Positions 49,882 to 58,950 of a DNA stretch of 63,869 nt are shown here, one piece after another; the first letter of the stretch is position 1, and the number at the start of each line of letters is the position of its first letter. Position numbers and translations under genes: made by a program. Source of the stretch: a virus (lineage: Duplodnaviria; Caudoviricetes); IMG/VR virus record IMGVR_UViG_3300020469_000047, positions 1 to 63,869 of that record; one strand, 5' to 3'. A model generated the notes under the pieces. The model was not told the origin of the DNA. It made no database searches and saw only the letters and a program-made list of their open reading frames with translations.

Positions 49882-50441
49882 GATTTATAAAAGAATATAC
49901 ATTGAGTGATCTTGGTATATGTGATCGTCTTATAGATCTATACAAAGACGCCGATAAAAAAGATCTAACTTACGCTGGTCGTGTAGGTGGTGGAAGTGTT
50001 GTGCCTGAGATAAAAAAGAGTAGAGATTTTTTTATTGAAGATGCTGGTGCACTAGGAGAACCTAGTGATTATAAATTCGATCTATATCAAGAAGAGTTAA
50101 ATGGATTTATTGATAATTACTTGAACTCTTTGACTATTCACAATCAAGAATTTGTAATGCAAAGACTACCACAGATTCAATACTATAAACCAGGTGATGG
50201 TTTTTATACTTGGCATGTGGATGCATCAGGATCTGACGGGTGTGATAGAGCATTTGTATACATCACATATCTAAATGATGTTCCTAATGGAGGAACTGAA
50301 TTCTTTTATCAGGAATATAATGTAGAAGCAAAGAAAGGAAAAACATTAATTTTTCCTGCTGGACTTACCCATAAGCATAGAGGTGTGATATCAGAGGAAC
50401 ATGAGAAGTATATTTGTACAGGATGGCTTTGGTGGGTATGA
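49878..50441 (+). CDS. 2OG-Fe(II) oxygenase
   Basis: WHVD, YLNDV..GGTEF, IFPA..TH.HRG, KYI.TGW. Confidence 0.9.
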   Translation: MRFIKEYTLSDLGICDRLIDLYKDADKKDLTYAGRVGGGSVVPEIKKSRDFFIEDAGALGEPSDYKFDLYQEELNGFIDNYLNSLTIHNQEFVMQRLPQIQYYKPGDGFYTWHVDASGSDGCDRAFVYITYLNDVPNGGTEFFYQEYNVEAKKGKTLIFPAGLTHKHRGVISEEHEKYICTGWLWWV

Positions 50442-50965
50442 AAATTATAAAGAACTTTTTACCTAAACAATTACTTGATGCATGTGTAGACGACTTTAGA
50501 TCTAAGTTGAATACTGATTGCTGGTCATCTAGTAACTTTGCATGGAAACCATTTTTAAGACAGGGTATTCATGGATCAACTATTGCTACTGATATTCCTA
50601 AAGTATTCAGCGATGAGATATCAACACATTTAAAACCACATGCTGAGTTTAAGGAGTTGACATGTAGATATAATGTGTGGCAACCTGGTGCTGGTATTGG
50701 AATACATTCTGACACTCATCATTTGTTTGGTGCAACATTATATTTAAATGAACATTGGCATCCAAATGCTGGTGGTTGGTTTGTATGGATGGATCATGCT
50801 GATCTAAATCTAGATGAAGATTCAAATCAACCTGATGTATACAGAGCAGTTTTACCAGAGCAAAATATGTTAGTATTGAATGACTGTAGTGAAAGTCATC
50901 TAGTAACTACTGTTGGACATGATGCACCTGAGCATAGATATACAATTCAAATATGGGGTGATTAA
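50438..50965 (+). CDS. 2OG-Fe(II) oxygenase
   Basis: IHSD, TLYLNEHW..GG, HLVT, RYTIQ; ATGA-coupled start at 50438. Confidence 0.85.
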   Translation: MKIIKNFLPKQLLDACVDDFRSKLNTDCWSSSNFAWKPFLRQGIHGSTIATDIPKVFSDEISTHLKPHAEFKELTCRYNVWQPGAGIGIHSDTHHLFGATLYLNEHWHPNAGGWFVWMDHADLNLDEDSNQPDVYRAVLPEQNMLVLNDCSESHLVTTVGHDAPEHRYTIQIWGD

Positions 50966-51546
50966 TGAATAAACCTCACGTCATTTATAATGTATTATCT
51001 AAAGAAGAGATAATACCATTGTGGGATTACTTTGATCGTAAGTCTCCTTCTATGAGCACTCTTGCTACATGGACATTTAATAATGCATCTTATGGTAAAG
51101 GAGATCCAGTATCATGGCAACACCCATTAAGAACAGATTTAATATTTACTAAGTGTGCTACTACTATTAGATTAAAGATAATGAAATTTCTTAGGAGAGA
51201 TATAAAACTCTGTAAGATACATGCTAATGGACAGACAGCAGGACAAAATACAATGTTTCATAAAGACTGGGAAGAACATGGTGTGTGGACATTTATATAC
51301 TTTAATCAACCACATTGGGATCAGGAATGGGGTGGTGAATTTGTGTGTCAAACACCAGATGAAGAATATCATCACGTACCATACATACCCAATACAGGTG
51401 CATTACTTCCCTCAAACTGGTTGCATAAAGGACAACCACCTAACACATTGATAGGTAATGAGATCAGAACTACAATTGCTTTTTCATTTTGTGATCCTGA
51501 TATTCACGATAATATAATTGCACAGAATACAAGAAAATGGTACTAG
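50965..51546 (+). CDS. 2OG-Fe(II) oxygenase
   Basis: FHKD, W..EWGGE, LHKG.PP, RTTIAF. Confidence 0.85.
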   Translation: MNKPHVIYNVLSKEEIIPLWDYFDRKSPSMSTLATWTFNNASYGKGDPVSWQHPLRTDLIFTKCATTIRLKIMKFLRRDIKLCKIHANGQTAGQNTMFHKDWEEHGVWTFIYFNQPHWDQEWGGEFVCQTPDEEYHHVPYIPNTGALLPSNWLHKGQPPNTLIGNEIRTTIAFSFCDPDIHDNIIAQNTRKWY

Positions 51547-52052
51547 GAATTAGAGAATATCCAGTAGACATTGATGCAAATGAACTGGTAAAATTTATCG
51601 ACACTTCTGTTGAGGAGAGTGCTCTTACTAAAAATATGGCTCACGTATCTAAACTTACTTTCACTGATGGTAAAGATGACTTCTTAGAGTATGATGAACC
51701 TATTATTAAAAAATTAAAATGGTCATTTCACGATGCTTGTTCTAGATATTGGGGTATGGATATATTTGATTTCCAAATAAATTCATGGGTGTATGTAGAT
51801 TGGGATGATAATCCAATAGAACCATATATGCACTCACATAATCCAGAGAATCCTTTTACATTATCTGGTATAATGTATATAAAGTTAGGTGAGTCTGGAA
51901 CTACTATGTTCCCTATGCCAAAAAGAGATCCATATTTTTTACCTAAAAAAATGTTAACTTGGTTTATCTTTCCATCTAACCTACCACACATACCTGGCAA
52001 AGGTATTCAAAATGAAAAACGATACAGTTTAAGTGCTGACTTATACGCATGA
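51537..52052 (+). CDS. 2OG-Fe(II) oxygenase-like protein (HxH type)
   Basis: HSH, LSGIMYI, IFPSNLPH, RYSLS. Confidence 0.8.
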   Translation: MVLGIREYPVDIDANELVKFIDTSVEESALTKNMAHVSKLTFTDGKDDFLEYDEPIIKKLKWSFHDACSRYWGMDIFDFQINSWVYVDWDDNPIEPYMHSHNPENPFTLSGIMYIKLGESGTTMFPMPKRDPYFLPKKMLTWFIFPSNLPHIPGKGIQNEKRYSLSADLYA

Positions 52053-52645
52053 TGTACAGTCAAGATAGTTTCTCTTTTCTATCAGAGAAAATGCCACAAA
52101 ATTTATATCAAGAATTACTTTCTTACACACAGAGAAGAAGGAAGGAAGAGACTTGGAATTACAACAACAAACTTGCTGGTGCATTAGAACAACAATCTAG
52201 TTTATCTGATTGGAGTTCGCAGTTTGAAGAATATGTTGTTAGACTATCTACACAGTTATGGTCTCAGGTATATCAAACATGCCCGTGGGATTTTCAAGAT
52301 ACTAAAAATGTAACTCCTTTCATAAGACTAAGAAACCTATGGGTAAATTATCAGCAACAGTATGAATACAATCCTATACATACTCATTCTGGTATTGTAA
52401 GTTTTGTGATCTTTACAGATATACCATATGGTTCTGAAGAAAGAGAATCACATAATAGTAATGGTTCATTTCAATTAGAAGCAGATGTGCTTCCAGTAGA
52501 TAACTCTTGGAACGGTGTGATACTTATGTTTCCATCTACAACTAAACATGCTGTATATCCTTTCAAATCTACACAGAAAGAAAGGGTTACAGTATCTGGC
52601 AATTTGATATGGAATGTGGAGGGTGTAGATGAAGAACATTATTAA
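52049..52645 (+). CDS. 2OG-Fe(II) oxygenase-like protein (HxH type)
   Basis: WVNYQ..EYNPIHTH.G..SFV, FPS..KHAVYPF, RVTVSGN. Confidence 0.85.
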   Translation: MMYSQDSFSFLSEKMPQNLYQELLSYTQRRRKEETWNYNNKLAGALEQQSSLSDWSSQFEEYVVRLSTQLWSQVYQTCPWDFQDTKNVTPFIRLRNLWVNYQQQYEYNPIHTHSGIVSFVIFTDIPYGSEERESHNSNGSFQLEADVLPVDNSWNGVILMFPSTTKHAVYPFKSTQKERVTVSGNLIWNVEGVDEEHY

Positions 52646-53171
52646 AGACAATTGTATCAATCCTAACTATCAAAATCTTCTAGAGAGCACTATGAGATAT
52701 GATACAGATTTTAGGTGGGTGTATCATGACAATCTTAGTGAAGATGGTGAGAGTCAGTTAGTAGGTTTCTCTCATATGTTTATATTGAATGGTAATTCTA
52801 CAAGTAAATACTCTGGATTGTTTCTTCCATTAGTATTTGAAGCATGTCATAACACAGGCATATCAATATCAAAGGTCATACGTGGTAGATGTTTTTTACA
52901 AACGCCAGGTGTAAGAACAAAAGAGTATGATTCTATGCATGTTGACCTACCAGATCCACATTTGACATGCCTATATTATGCATCAAACAGTGATGGTGAC
53001 ACGTATTTTAGCGAAAGGATGTACGGAGAACCGCTTGCTGAATATGGTATAAATAGTAGAGTATCTCCTATAAAAGGTAGATGCGTTTTCTTTGATGGTC
53101 TACGATTTCATTCGAGTAGTAAACCAACAGAAAAACCTCGATTCGTAATAAACTTTAATTTCATACCCTGA
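52629..53171 (+). CDS. 2OG-Fe(II) oxygenase
   Basis: MHVD, LYY..SDGDT, FFDG..FHSSS.P, RFVINFN (same subfamily as 1250..1744). Confidence 0.85.
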   Translation: MKNIIKDNCINPNYQNLLESTMRYDTDFRWVYHDNLSEDGESQLVGFSHMFILNGNSTSKYSGLFLPLVFEACHNTGISISKVIRGRCFLQTPGVRTKEYDSMHVDLPDPHLTCLYYASNSDGDTYFSERMYGEPLAEYGINSRVSPIKGRCVFFDGLRFHSSSKPTEKPRFVINFNFIP

Positions 53172-53176
53172 TAACC

Positions 53177-53374
53177 ATGGATCCTGCACAACTGAAAACA
53201 AACTTTGAAGAGCAAATAGGTAAGACTGATGCTCAAATAACAGAGTTAGAAACAAATTTAGCAAAAGCAAAAGAATATAAACTTAAATTAGTAGGTGGTC
53301 TAGAAACTCTAGGATTACTAGAACAAAAAGAAGAAACACCTGACGCAGCACCCGCAAGCATCGAACCTTCCTAA
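53177..53374 (+). CDS. Small coiled-coil protein
   Basis: 65-aa heptad-rich ORF; TATAAATA upstream at 53048-53055. Confidence 0.8.
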   Translation: MDPAQLKTNFEEQIGKTDAQITELETNLAKAKEYKLKLVGGLETLGLLEQKEETPDAAPASIEPS

Positions 53375-53377
53375 ATA
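53370..53377 (+). promoter_or_regulatory. Late promoter for neck genes
   Basis: CCTAAATA 24 nt upstream of gp13. Confidence 0.55.
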
Positions 53378-53401
53378 GGAACGAAGGGATTATAGTATCT
53401 A

Positions 53402-54214
53402 ATGGCAACGCCAGCATCTAAAACTGATCTGATTACATATTGTAAGAGGAATTTGGGAGAACCTGTGTTACAGGTTAACGTTGATGATGAACAAGTAAAT
53501 AATGTTATAGACGACACGTTTCAGTTCTTCCAAGAGAATTGTTACAATGGTATGGAGCGTTGTTATCTTGTGCATGAGATAACTGCTGCTGATAAGACTC
53601 GTCTTGCAGCAACTGTTTCTACAACAAAAACAGATGGTTCAGATACTGTAACTTGGAATGAAGCAACAAATTATATACCTATACCAGCTCATGTAACTGG
53701 TATCAGTAAGGTTTTTGGAATGGTAGGTAACTCTATTCGTTCTAACTTATTTGGTGTTGAGTACAGAATGTTCTTAAATGACTTGTATGCTTTTGGATCC
53801 CTTGATATCTTAAACTACTACATGACCAAACAATATCTAGAGACTCTAGATATGGTTTTAAACAATGGTTCATTCCAGCAGTTTAGATATACTCAGCGTC
53901 GTGATCGTTTGTATCTTGACATAGATAAAGACTTCTTACAAGAAGGACAGAATCTATTGATAGAGGCTCATCGTATGATTGATCCTACAGATGCAACAGA
54001 AATGTATAATGATATATTTGTAAAAAGATATGCTACTTCACTGTTAAAGAAACAGTGGGGACAGAACTTAATCAAATATAATAATGTACAACTACCAGGT
54101 GGTGTAACACTTAATGGTAGAGAACTTTACATGGACGCACTAGCAGAAATTGAGAAGATCGAAGCAGAAGTTCTCAGTAAGTATGCTATACCGCCAATGG
54201 ATATGATCGGATAA
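53402..54214 (+). CDS. gp13: Neck protein gp13
   Basis: YC.R.LG.PV..VNVD..Q, K.QWGQNL.KY...LPGGV.LNG. Confidence 0.95.
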   Translation: MATPASKTDLITYCKRNLGEPVLQVNVDDEQVNNVIDDTFQFFQENCYNGMERCYLVHEITAADKTRLAATVSTTKTDGSDTVTWNEATNYIPIPAHVTGISKVFGMVGNSIRSNLFGVEYRMFLNDLYAFGSLDILNYYMTKQYLETLDMVLNNGSFQQFRYTQRRDRLYLDIDKDFLQEGQNLLIEAHRMIDPTDATEMYNDIFVKRYATSLLKKQWGQNLIKYNNVQLPGGVTLNGRELYMDALAEIEKIEAEVLSKYAIPPMDMIG

Positions 54215-54215
54215 A

Positions 54216-55106
54216 ATGCCTACCAGTTCCTATTTCCCAACTTATCATCAAGGTCACAGTGGTGAACAAACCCTCGTTCAGAATCTTGTGGATGAGCAAA
54301 TCAAACTGTTTGGTTCTGACATATACTATCTACCCAAAACAATCTTAGCAGATAGCACTTTGGATGAAGTTAGATACACCAAGTATCAAGACCAATTCCA
54401 AATAGAAATGATGTTAGTTAACGTCATGGGTTTTGGAGATAATGCAGAATTCATAAGTAAATTTGGTTTGACCATCACAGACGAGATAATTTTTCGTGTG
54501 TCTACAAAAAGATGGGATGAAGAAGTAGCAGAGCATAGTATGTCTGCAAAACTCACAGTTCCTGAGAGACCTAATGAGGGAGACTTATTATATTATCCTC
54601 TCACACAGAACTTGTATGAAATTAAGTATGTTGGAAAGGAAGAACCATTCTTCCAGTTTGGTAAGATTCAATTTTATGCGATTACTGCAGAACTATATCA
54701 GGTTGGTTCAGACGATCTTGCAACTGGTATTGCAGAGATAGATGCAATAGAAGTATTATTCGATACTGCTATATCTCTTACAATGGGTGTCGGGGGCACA
54801 GGAGACTTTACTGTTGGTGAGACGGTAACTGGTGGTACTACTTCTACCACTGCAGAAGTCAAAGCATGGGATAGTTCTACAAGAATACTACAGGTAATTA
54901 ATAGGACTGGAACATTTGCTGCAAATGAATCACTCACAGGAAATGATAGTAGTGCTGTATGGGTTGTATCAACCTTTGATACATTACAGAATACAGCAAG
55001 TGAATACGATCAGAATAGAGCAATCGAAAATGAAGCTGACAATGTAGTTGATTGGTCAGAAGGTAATCCATTCGGTGAATTTGGTAATTTTACAGGTAGT
55101 ATCTAA
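54216..55106 (+). CDS. gp14: Neck protein gp14
   Basis: EQ.L..LVDEQIK.FG.D.YYLP, SKFG, RPNEGDL.Y.P, PFFQ.GK, E.NPFG. Confidence 0.95.
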   Translation: MPTSSYFPTYHQGHSGEQTLVQNLVDEQIKLFGSDIYYLPKTILADSTLDEVRYTKYQDQFQIEMMLVNVMGFGDNAEFISKFGLTITDEIIFRVSTKRWDEEVAEHSMSAKLTVPERPNEGDLLYYPLTQNLYEIKYVGKEEPFFQFGKIQFYAITAELYQVGSDDLATGIAEIDAIEVLFDTAISLTMGVGGTGDFTVGETVTGGTTSTTAEVKAWDSSTRILQVINRTGTFAANESLTGNDSSAVWVVSTFDTLQNTASEYDQNRAIENEADNVVDWSEGNPFGEFGNFTGSI

Positions 55107-55906
55107 TGTTAGGATCACACTTTTACAACCAGATAGTTCGTAAGAACATCATAGCATTTGGAACACTCTTCAATAATATTACACTGAAGAGCACAGATCC
55201 AAGCACTGGTGCTGTATTAGAAGAATTAAAAGTACCGTTGGCATACGGTCCTAAACAAAAATTTATTGTACGTTTAGAAGAGAACGCTAGTTCTAGAAAA
55301 GTAGCGATTACTTTACCTAGACTGTACTTTGAAATGACAAGTATTGATTATGATCCTACCCGTAAAACTTCTCCTATACAAAAATATAAAACAATTATCA
55401 ATGGGAATCAAGAAGAGGTAAGAGTACAGTACGTTCCCGTGCCATACAACTTATCATTTGAACTTGGTGTCATGGCAAAGTCACAGGACGATGCTCTACA
55501 AATTACTGAGCAGATACTACCATACTTCCAACCATCATTCTCTGTAACTCTTAACATGATTCCTGATATGAATGAGAAGAGAGATATTGCTGTTGTATTA
55601 AACAATGTATCATACGAAGATACATGGGACGACAGTTTCTATGAACGTAGATACATCATCTATACTTTACAGTTCCAGATGAAGACTTATCTATACGGTC
55701 CTTACAACACATCAGATGTTATTAAGAAAGCAATCATACATGAAACACTTGGTGATACTGCAACTAGTCGTAGAACTATTACTAGAACATATACACCAAA
55801 AGCAAAAACAGATATCAATAGTGATGGTCAGATAGATGCTGCTGATGACGTATTAGTAGATGCTGGTGATGACTTTGGATTTAATGAAGGGATAGAATTC
55901 TTATGA
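55106..55906 (+). CDS. gp15: Tail terminator / sheath stabiliser gp15
   Basis: FGTLFNNI, VPLAYGPKQKF, LPR..FE, PVPYN, EQILPYFQP. Confidence 0.95.
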   Translation: MLGSHFYNQIVRKNIIAFGTLFNNITLKSTDPSTGAVLEELKVPLAYGPKQKFIVRLEENASSRKVAITLPRLYFEMTSIDYDPTRKTSPIQKYKTIINGNQEEVRVQYVPVPYNLSFELGVMAKSQDDALQITEQILPYFQPSFSVTLNMIPDMNEKRDIAVVLNNVSYEDTWDDSFYERRYIIYTLQFQMKTYLYGPYNTSDVIKKAIIHETLGDTATSRRTITRTYTPKAKTDINSDGQIDAADDVLVDAGDDFGFNEGIEFL

Positions 55907-56304
55907 ACCTAGAAGATAATATGGAAGAACTTCTTAACATGGAAGTAGAACCAGTGACAAAACCTAATATTCCTAAAGTAAAATCTAAGGAAGATGATCT
56001 AGAGAAAGACTATGAATATACTCGTGGAGAGTTATACTCTCTCATAGATCAGGGTCAGGAGGCAGTCAGAGGAGCGTTAGAGGTTGCACAGGAAAGTGGG
56101 CATCCAAGAGCATATGAAGTTGCTGTAGCAGCAATGAAGCATGTTTCAGATATGACTGAAAAATTACAAGACTTACATAAAAAAATGAAGGATATTTCTG
56201 CAGAGGAGAGAGGTCCTAGTAAGGTTACTAACAACGCTATGTTTGTTGGTAGCACTACAGAGTTACAAAAAATGCTTAAAGAAATGGGTGGTGGCAAGAG
56301 ATAG
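55903..56304 (+). CDS. gp16: Terminase small subunit gp16
   Basis: DYEY.R..LY, A.ES.HPRAYEV, NNA.FVGST.ELQK. Confidence 0.95.
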   Translation: MNLEDNMEELLNMEVEPVTKPNIPKVKSKEDDLEKDYEYTRGELYSLIDQGQEAVRGALEVAQESGHPRAYEVAVAAMKHVSDMTEKLQDLHKKMKDISAEERGPSKVTNNAMFVGSTTELQKMLKEMGGGKR

Positions 56305-56307
56305 TAG

Positions 56308-56315
56308 CATAAATA
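56308..56315 (+). promoter_or_regulatory. Late promoter
   Basis: CATAAATA 24 nt upstream of 56340. Confidence 0.65.
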
Positions 56316-56339
56316 AATGCAGAGACCCTGACATGGTAC

Positions 56340-56651
56340 ATGAGATACAAAGAATTTAAAAGACTCGCTGAGTCTGCCAATGTGCAGGATAACGGAATTT
56401 TAGAAGGTGCAGCCTGGACAAAGAAGGCTGGCAAGAACAAAGAAGGTGGACTTAATGAGAAGGGTAGGAAGTCTTACGAAAGATCAAATCCTGGATCTGA
56501 CCTTAAAGCACCAAGCAAGAAGGTTGGAAATCCCCGTAGAGCATCATTCTGTTCTAGAATGAAGGGAATGAAAAAGAAATTAACTTCAAAGAAAACTGCC
56601 AGTGATCCTGATAGTAGGATCAATAAATCACTAAGAGCTTGGAATTGCTAA
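56340..56651 (+). CDS. Basic conserved phage protein (DUF6321-like), possible internal head protein
   Basis: AW....GK...GGLN.KG, RR.SFC.RM.G, SLR.W.C. Confidence 0.8.
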   Translation: MRYKEFKRLAESANVQDNGILEGAAWTKKAGKNKEGGLNEKGRKSYERSNPGSDLKAPSKKVGNPRRASFCSRMKGMKKKLTSKKTASDPDSRINKSLRAWNC

Positions 56652-56703
56652 CACAACGTGTAATGTGATATAATATTGAGTATAATTATAGTATGAATAC
56701 CTA

Positions 56704-56865
56704 ATGAGAAAAATGCGTCTTAACAATGGCGATGTTCAATATCTAATCAGAGCTTGTTTGGTCTACCAAGAGCAGACAGGATCGGAAGATATATGGGAAA
56801 AATACGATGATTTAATTAATAAACTCAGAGTTTATTCAGACCAAAATTTGACCCCATCAGAATAA
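56704..56865 (+). CDS. 53-aa hypothetical protein (not in ORF track)
   Basis: MRKMRLNNGDVQYLIRACLVYQEQTGSEDIWEKYDDLINKLRVYSDQNLTPSE; TATAAT boxes upstream at 56671 and 56681. Confidence 0.75.
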   Translation: MRKMRLNNGDVQYLIRACLVYQEQTGSEDIWEKYDDLINKLRVYSDQNLTPSE

Positions 56866-57041
56866 TGAAACTTAGAACAAGATTTGAAACTTTCTCTACG
56901 CAAGAAAGACAGATGCTTGCGGAAGCAATTTGGAGAAGGCAGAGATGTTATATTGCTGGTGATAAACTCTTCAATGAGTATGGCAAGATGTTGTCAGAAG
57001 TCCTAGACAAAATGGATTACATGCCAGGCAGAGTAGTATAA
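56865..57041 (+). CDS. 58-aa hypothetical protein (not in ORF track)
   Basis: MKLRTRFETFSTQERQMLAEAIWRRQRCYIAGDKLFNEYGKMLSEVLDKMDYMPGRVV; TAATG-coupled. Confidence 0.75.
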   Translation: MKLRTRFETFSTQERQMLAEAIWRRQRCYIAGDKLFNEYGKMLSEVLDKMDYMPGRVV

Positions 57042-57044
57042 ATA
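57037..57044 (+). promoter_or_regulatory. Late promoter for heme oxygenase
   Basis: Perfect TATAAATA 12 nt upstream of the ho1 ATG. Confidence 0.65.
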
Positions 57045-57056
57045 CCTATTAATATT

Positions 57057-57758
57057 ATGTTCAGTAAAGAATTAAAAGAAGCAACTAAGGAATCTCATTC
57101 CGCAGCAGAGAATACAAAATTTGTTGCAGGATTTCTTAGAGGGGTTGTTGACCCAGAGGAGTACCGTAAACTAATTGCCAACTTCTGGTATGTTTATAGT
57201 ACTATGGAAAAACTAATCAATGATTCTGAAGACCCAACTGTAAGAATATTACAGGGATGGCAATCAGAACTTGATCGTAGTCAATCATTGGAAAAGGATC
57301 TAGTATATTATTACGGTCCTTATTGGAAAGAGAAGATAGAGTCTTCACCAGCATGTGATACCTATTGTTCTAGACTAACTGAATTAGCACAAGAAGATCC
57401 ATATCTTCTACTTGCTCATCATTATACTAGGTACATAGGTGATCTATCAGGTGGACAAATTCTTTGTAAAATAGCAAAGAGTGCACTCAATCCTCCTGCA
57501 GGAGAGGGTTTAAATTTCTACGAATTTCCTGAGATTCATGATGCTAAAGAATGGAAAACAACTTATAGGGCAGTCCTTGATCAATTAGATTTAGATCTAT
57601 CACAAAAGAATGCTGTGTTTGTAGAAGCAAATCATGCGTTTAAATTAAACATGTATATGTTTGATGAAATTAAATCTGAAGATCCTTACCCTGTGATGAC
57701 AGCACTATATGGTTTCTGGAAAGTAATTACTGGTTCTATTACAAACAAAGGAAAATGA
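57057..57758 (+). CDS. ho1: Heme oxygenase (biliverdin-producing)
   Basis: LKEATKESHSAAEN (proximal His), LLAHHYTRYIGDLSGGQIL signature, EAN.AF.LNM. Confidence 0.95.
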   Translation: MFSKELKEATKESHSAAENTKFVAGFLRGVVDPEEYRKLIANFWYVYSTMEKLINDSEDPTVRILQGWQSELDRSQSLEKDLVYYYGPYWKEKIESSPACDTYCSRLTELAQEDPYLLLAHHYTRYIGDLSGGQILCKIAKSALNPPAGEGLNFYEFPEIHDAKEWKTTYRAVLDQLDLDLSQKNAVFVEANHAFKLNMYMFDEIKSEDPYPVMTALYGFWKVITGSITNKGK

Positions 57759-57859
57759 AAAACTTACCATTTAAATCATCATGTATAATATTTGGTTTAA
57801 TTATTGGAACAGGAACATTCCTCATACCAGTAGCGTGGGCACATCCTATATTAGTGTGA
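57755..57859 (+). CDS. 34-aa hydrophobic peptide (not in ORF track)
   Basis: MKNLPFKSSCIIFGLIIGTGTFLIPVAWAHPILV; ATGA-coupled to ho1, abuts next ATG. Confidence 0.6.
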   Translation: MKNLPFKSSCIIFGLIIGTGTFLIPVAWAHPILV

Positions 57860-58390
57860 ATGTTTAATACTTTATTATTTGGAGTTGGGTTATCTCAATT
57901 TCACCTCAGTGATATTGATAATGAAAAAATCTCAGATCTAGTTAGATCAGGAGACGACCATAGAAATTTGGATATTTCTGATCCATCATTATCAGAGTTA
58001 AATTGTCGCATCTTAAAAGAAGGCAAACTTATATTAAACTCAACCTGTAAAAGCAAAGAGTTAAAGATAAAAAAAGTTTGGTGTAATTACAATTTCAATA
58101 AAGATATAGAAGAACCACATAATCATAGAAATAGTTTTTTGTCTGCTATTTACTATCCACTATCTACTGATGGAGTAATACAATTTTTCTCTCCATTCTC
58201 TGATTATTTTCTATCACAAATACCTATCGAAGATGTATATGATATGAACTGCTATAACTCTAGTTTCTATGAGTTGCCAGTTAGATCTGGTGACTTAGTA
58301 ATATTTAATTCAATGCTCTACCATAGAGCAAAACTATCCACAGATGAACGGATATCAATAGCGTATGATATTAATATCAAATCATGGTAG
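57860..58390 (+). CDS. 2OG-Fe(II) oxygenase-like protein (HxH, TIGR02466-like)
   Basis: W.N...PHNH..LSAIYY, GDLVIF.S.L.H, RISIAY. Confidence 0.85.
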   Translation: MFNTLLFGVGLSQFHLSDIDNEKISDLVRSGDDHRNLDISDPSLSELNCRILKEGKLILNSTCKSKELKIKKVWCNYNFNKDIEEPHNHRNSFLSAIYYPLSTDGVIQFFSPFSDYFLSQIPIEDVYDMNCYNSSFYELPVRSGDLVIFNSMLYHRAKLSTDERISIAYDINIKSW

Positions 58391-58509
58391 TCTGGGGAGT
58401 CATATGGATGGTTGGAATACTGGTCATAATAGTGACTTGGTACATCTACTATATACTAAAGATGTCATTTATGGAGATGAAAGATGGGAGCGATGACACC
58501 ACCAAGTAG
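58384..58509 (+). CDS. 41-aa single-TM protein (not in ORF track)
   Basis: MVVWGVIWMVGILVIIVTWYIYYILKMSFMEMKDGSDDTTK. Confidence 0.65.
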   Translation: MVVWGVIWMVGILVIIVTWYIYYILKMSFMEMKDGSDDTTK

Positions 58510-58945
58510 GAAGTCCTGCTATAACTTTAGAGTAACGGAGATTAACCGTGTTCTTGACGGCGATACTATTGATGTCACCATTGATCTTGGGTTTGACTTA
58601 TACAAGAAAGAAAGAGTTAGAATTGCAGGAATTGATACGCCAGAGAAAAGAACTAGAGACTTGGAAGAAAAGGCATTGGGAATAGATGCAACTAATTATC
58701 TAAAGAAGAAACTAGAGGACACAATAGCAGGAGATGAAGAACTCACCATCAGAACCGAACTTAAAGGGGGCATGGGTAAGTATGGTCGTCTTCTTGGGTG
58801 GTTGTATATTGGCGAGGATACTCTTTCCGTAAATGAAGTTATGATTGACGAAGGGTACGCATGGTGCTATGATGGAGGCACTAAGCAAAAAAATTTCGAG
58901 GAGCTACGTGAGATACGTAGATCTTTCGGTACACTTACTGAATAA
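58484..58945 (+). CDS. Thermonuclease (SNase-like) family nuclease
   Basis: RVLDGDTID, RVRIAGIDTPE, KYGRLLG, N..MI.EGYA. Confidence 0.9.
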   Translation: MGAMTPPSRKSCYNFRVTEINRVLDGDTIDVTIDLGFDLYKKERVRIAGIDTPEKRTRDLEEKALGIDATNYLKKKLEDTIAGDEELTIRTELKGGMGKYGRLLGWLYIGEDTLSVNEVMIDEGYAWCYDGGTKQKNFEELREIRRSFGTLTE

Positions 58946-58950
58946 AAATT

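Noticed and set aside
56660-56673. NtcA-like box GTA-N8-TAT
   Set aside because: One mismatch in very AT-rich DNA and no -10 element at the canonical ~22-nt spacing
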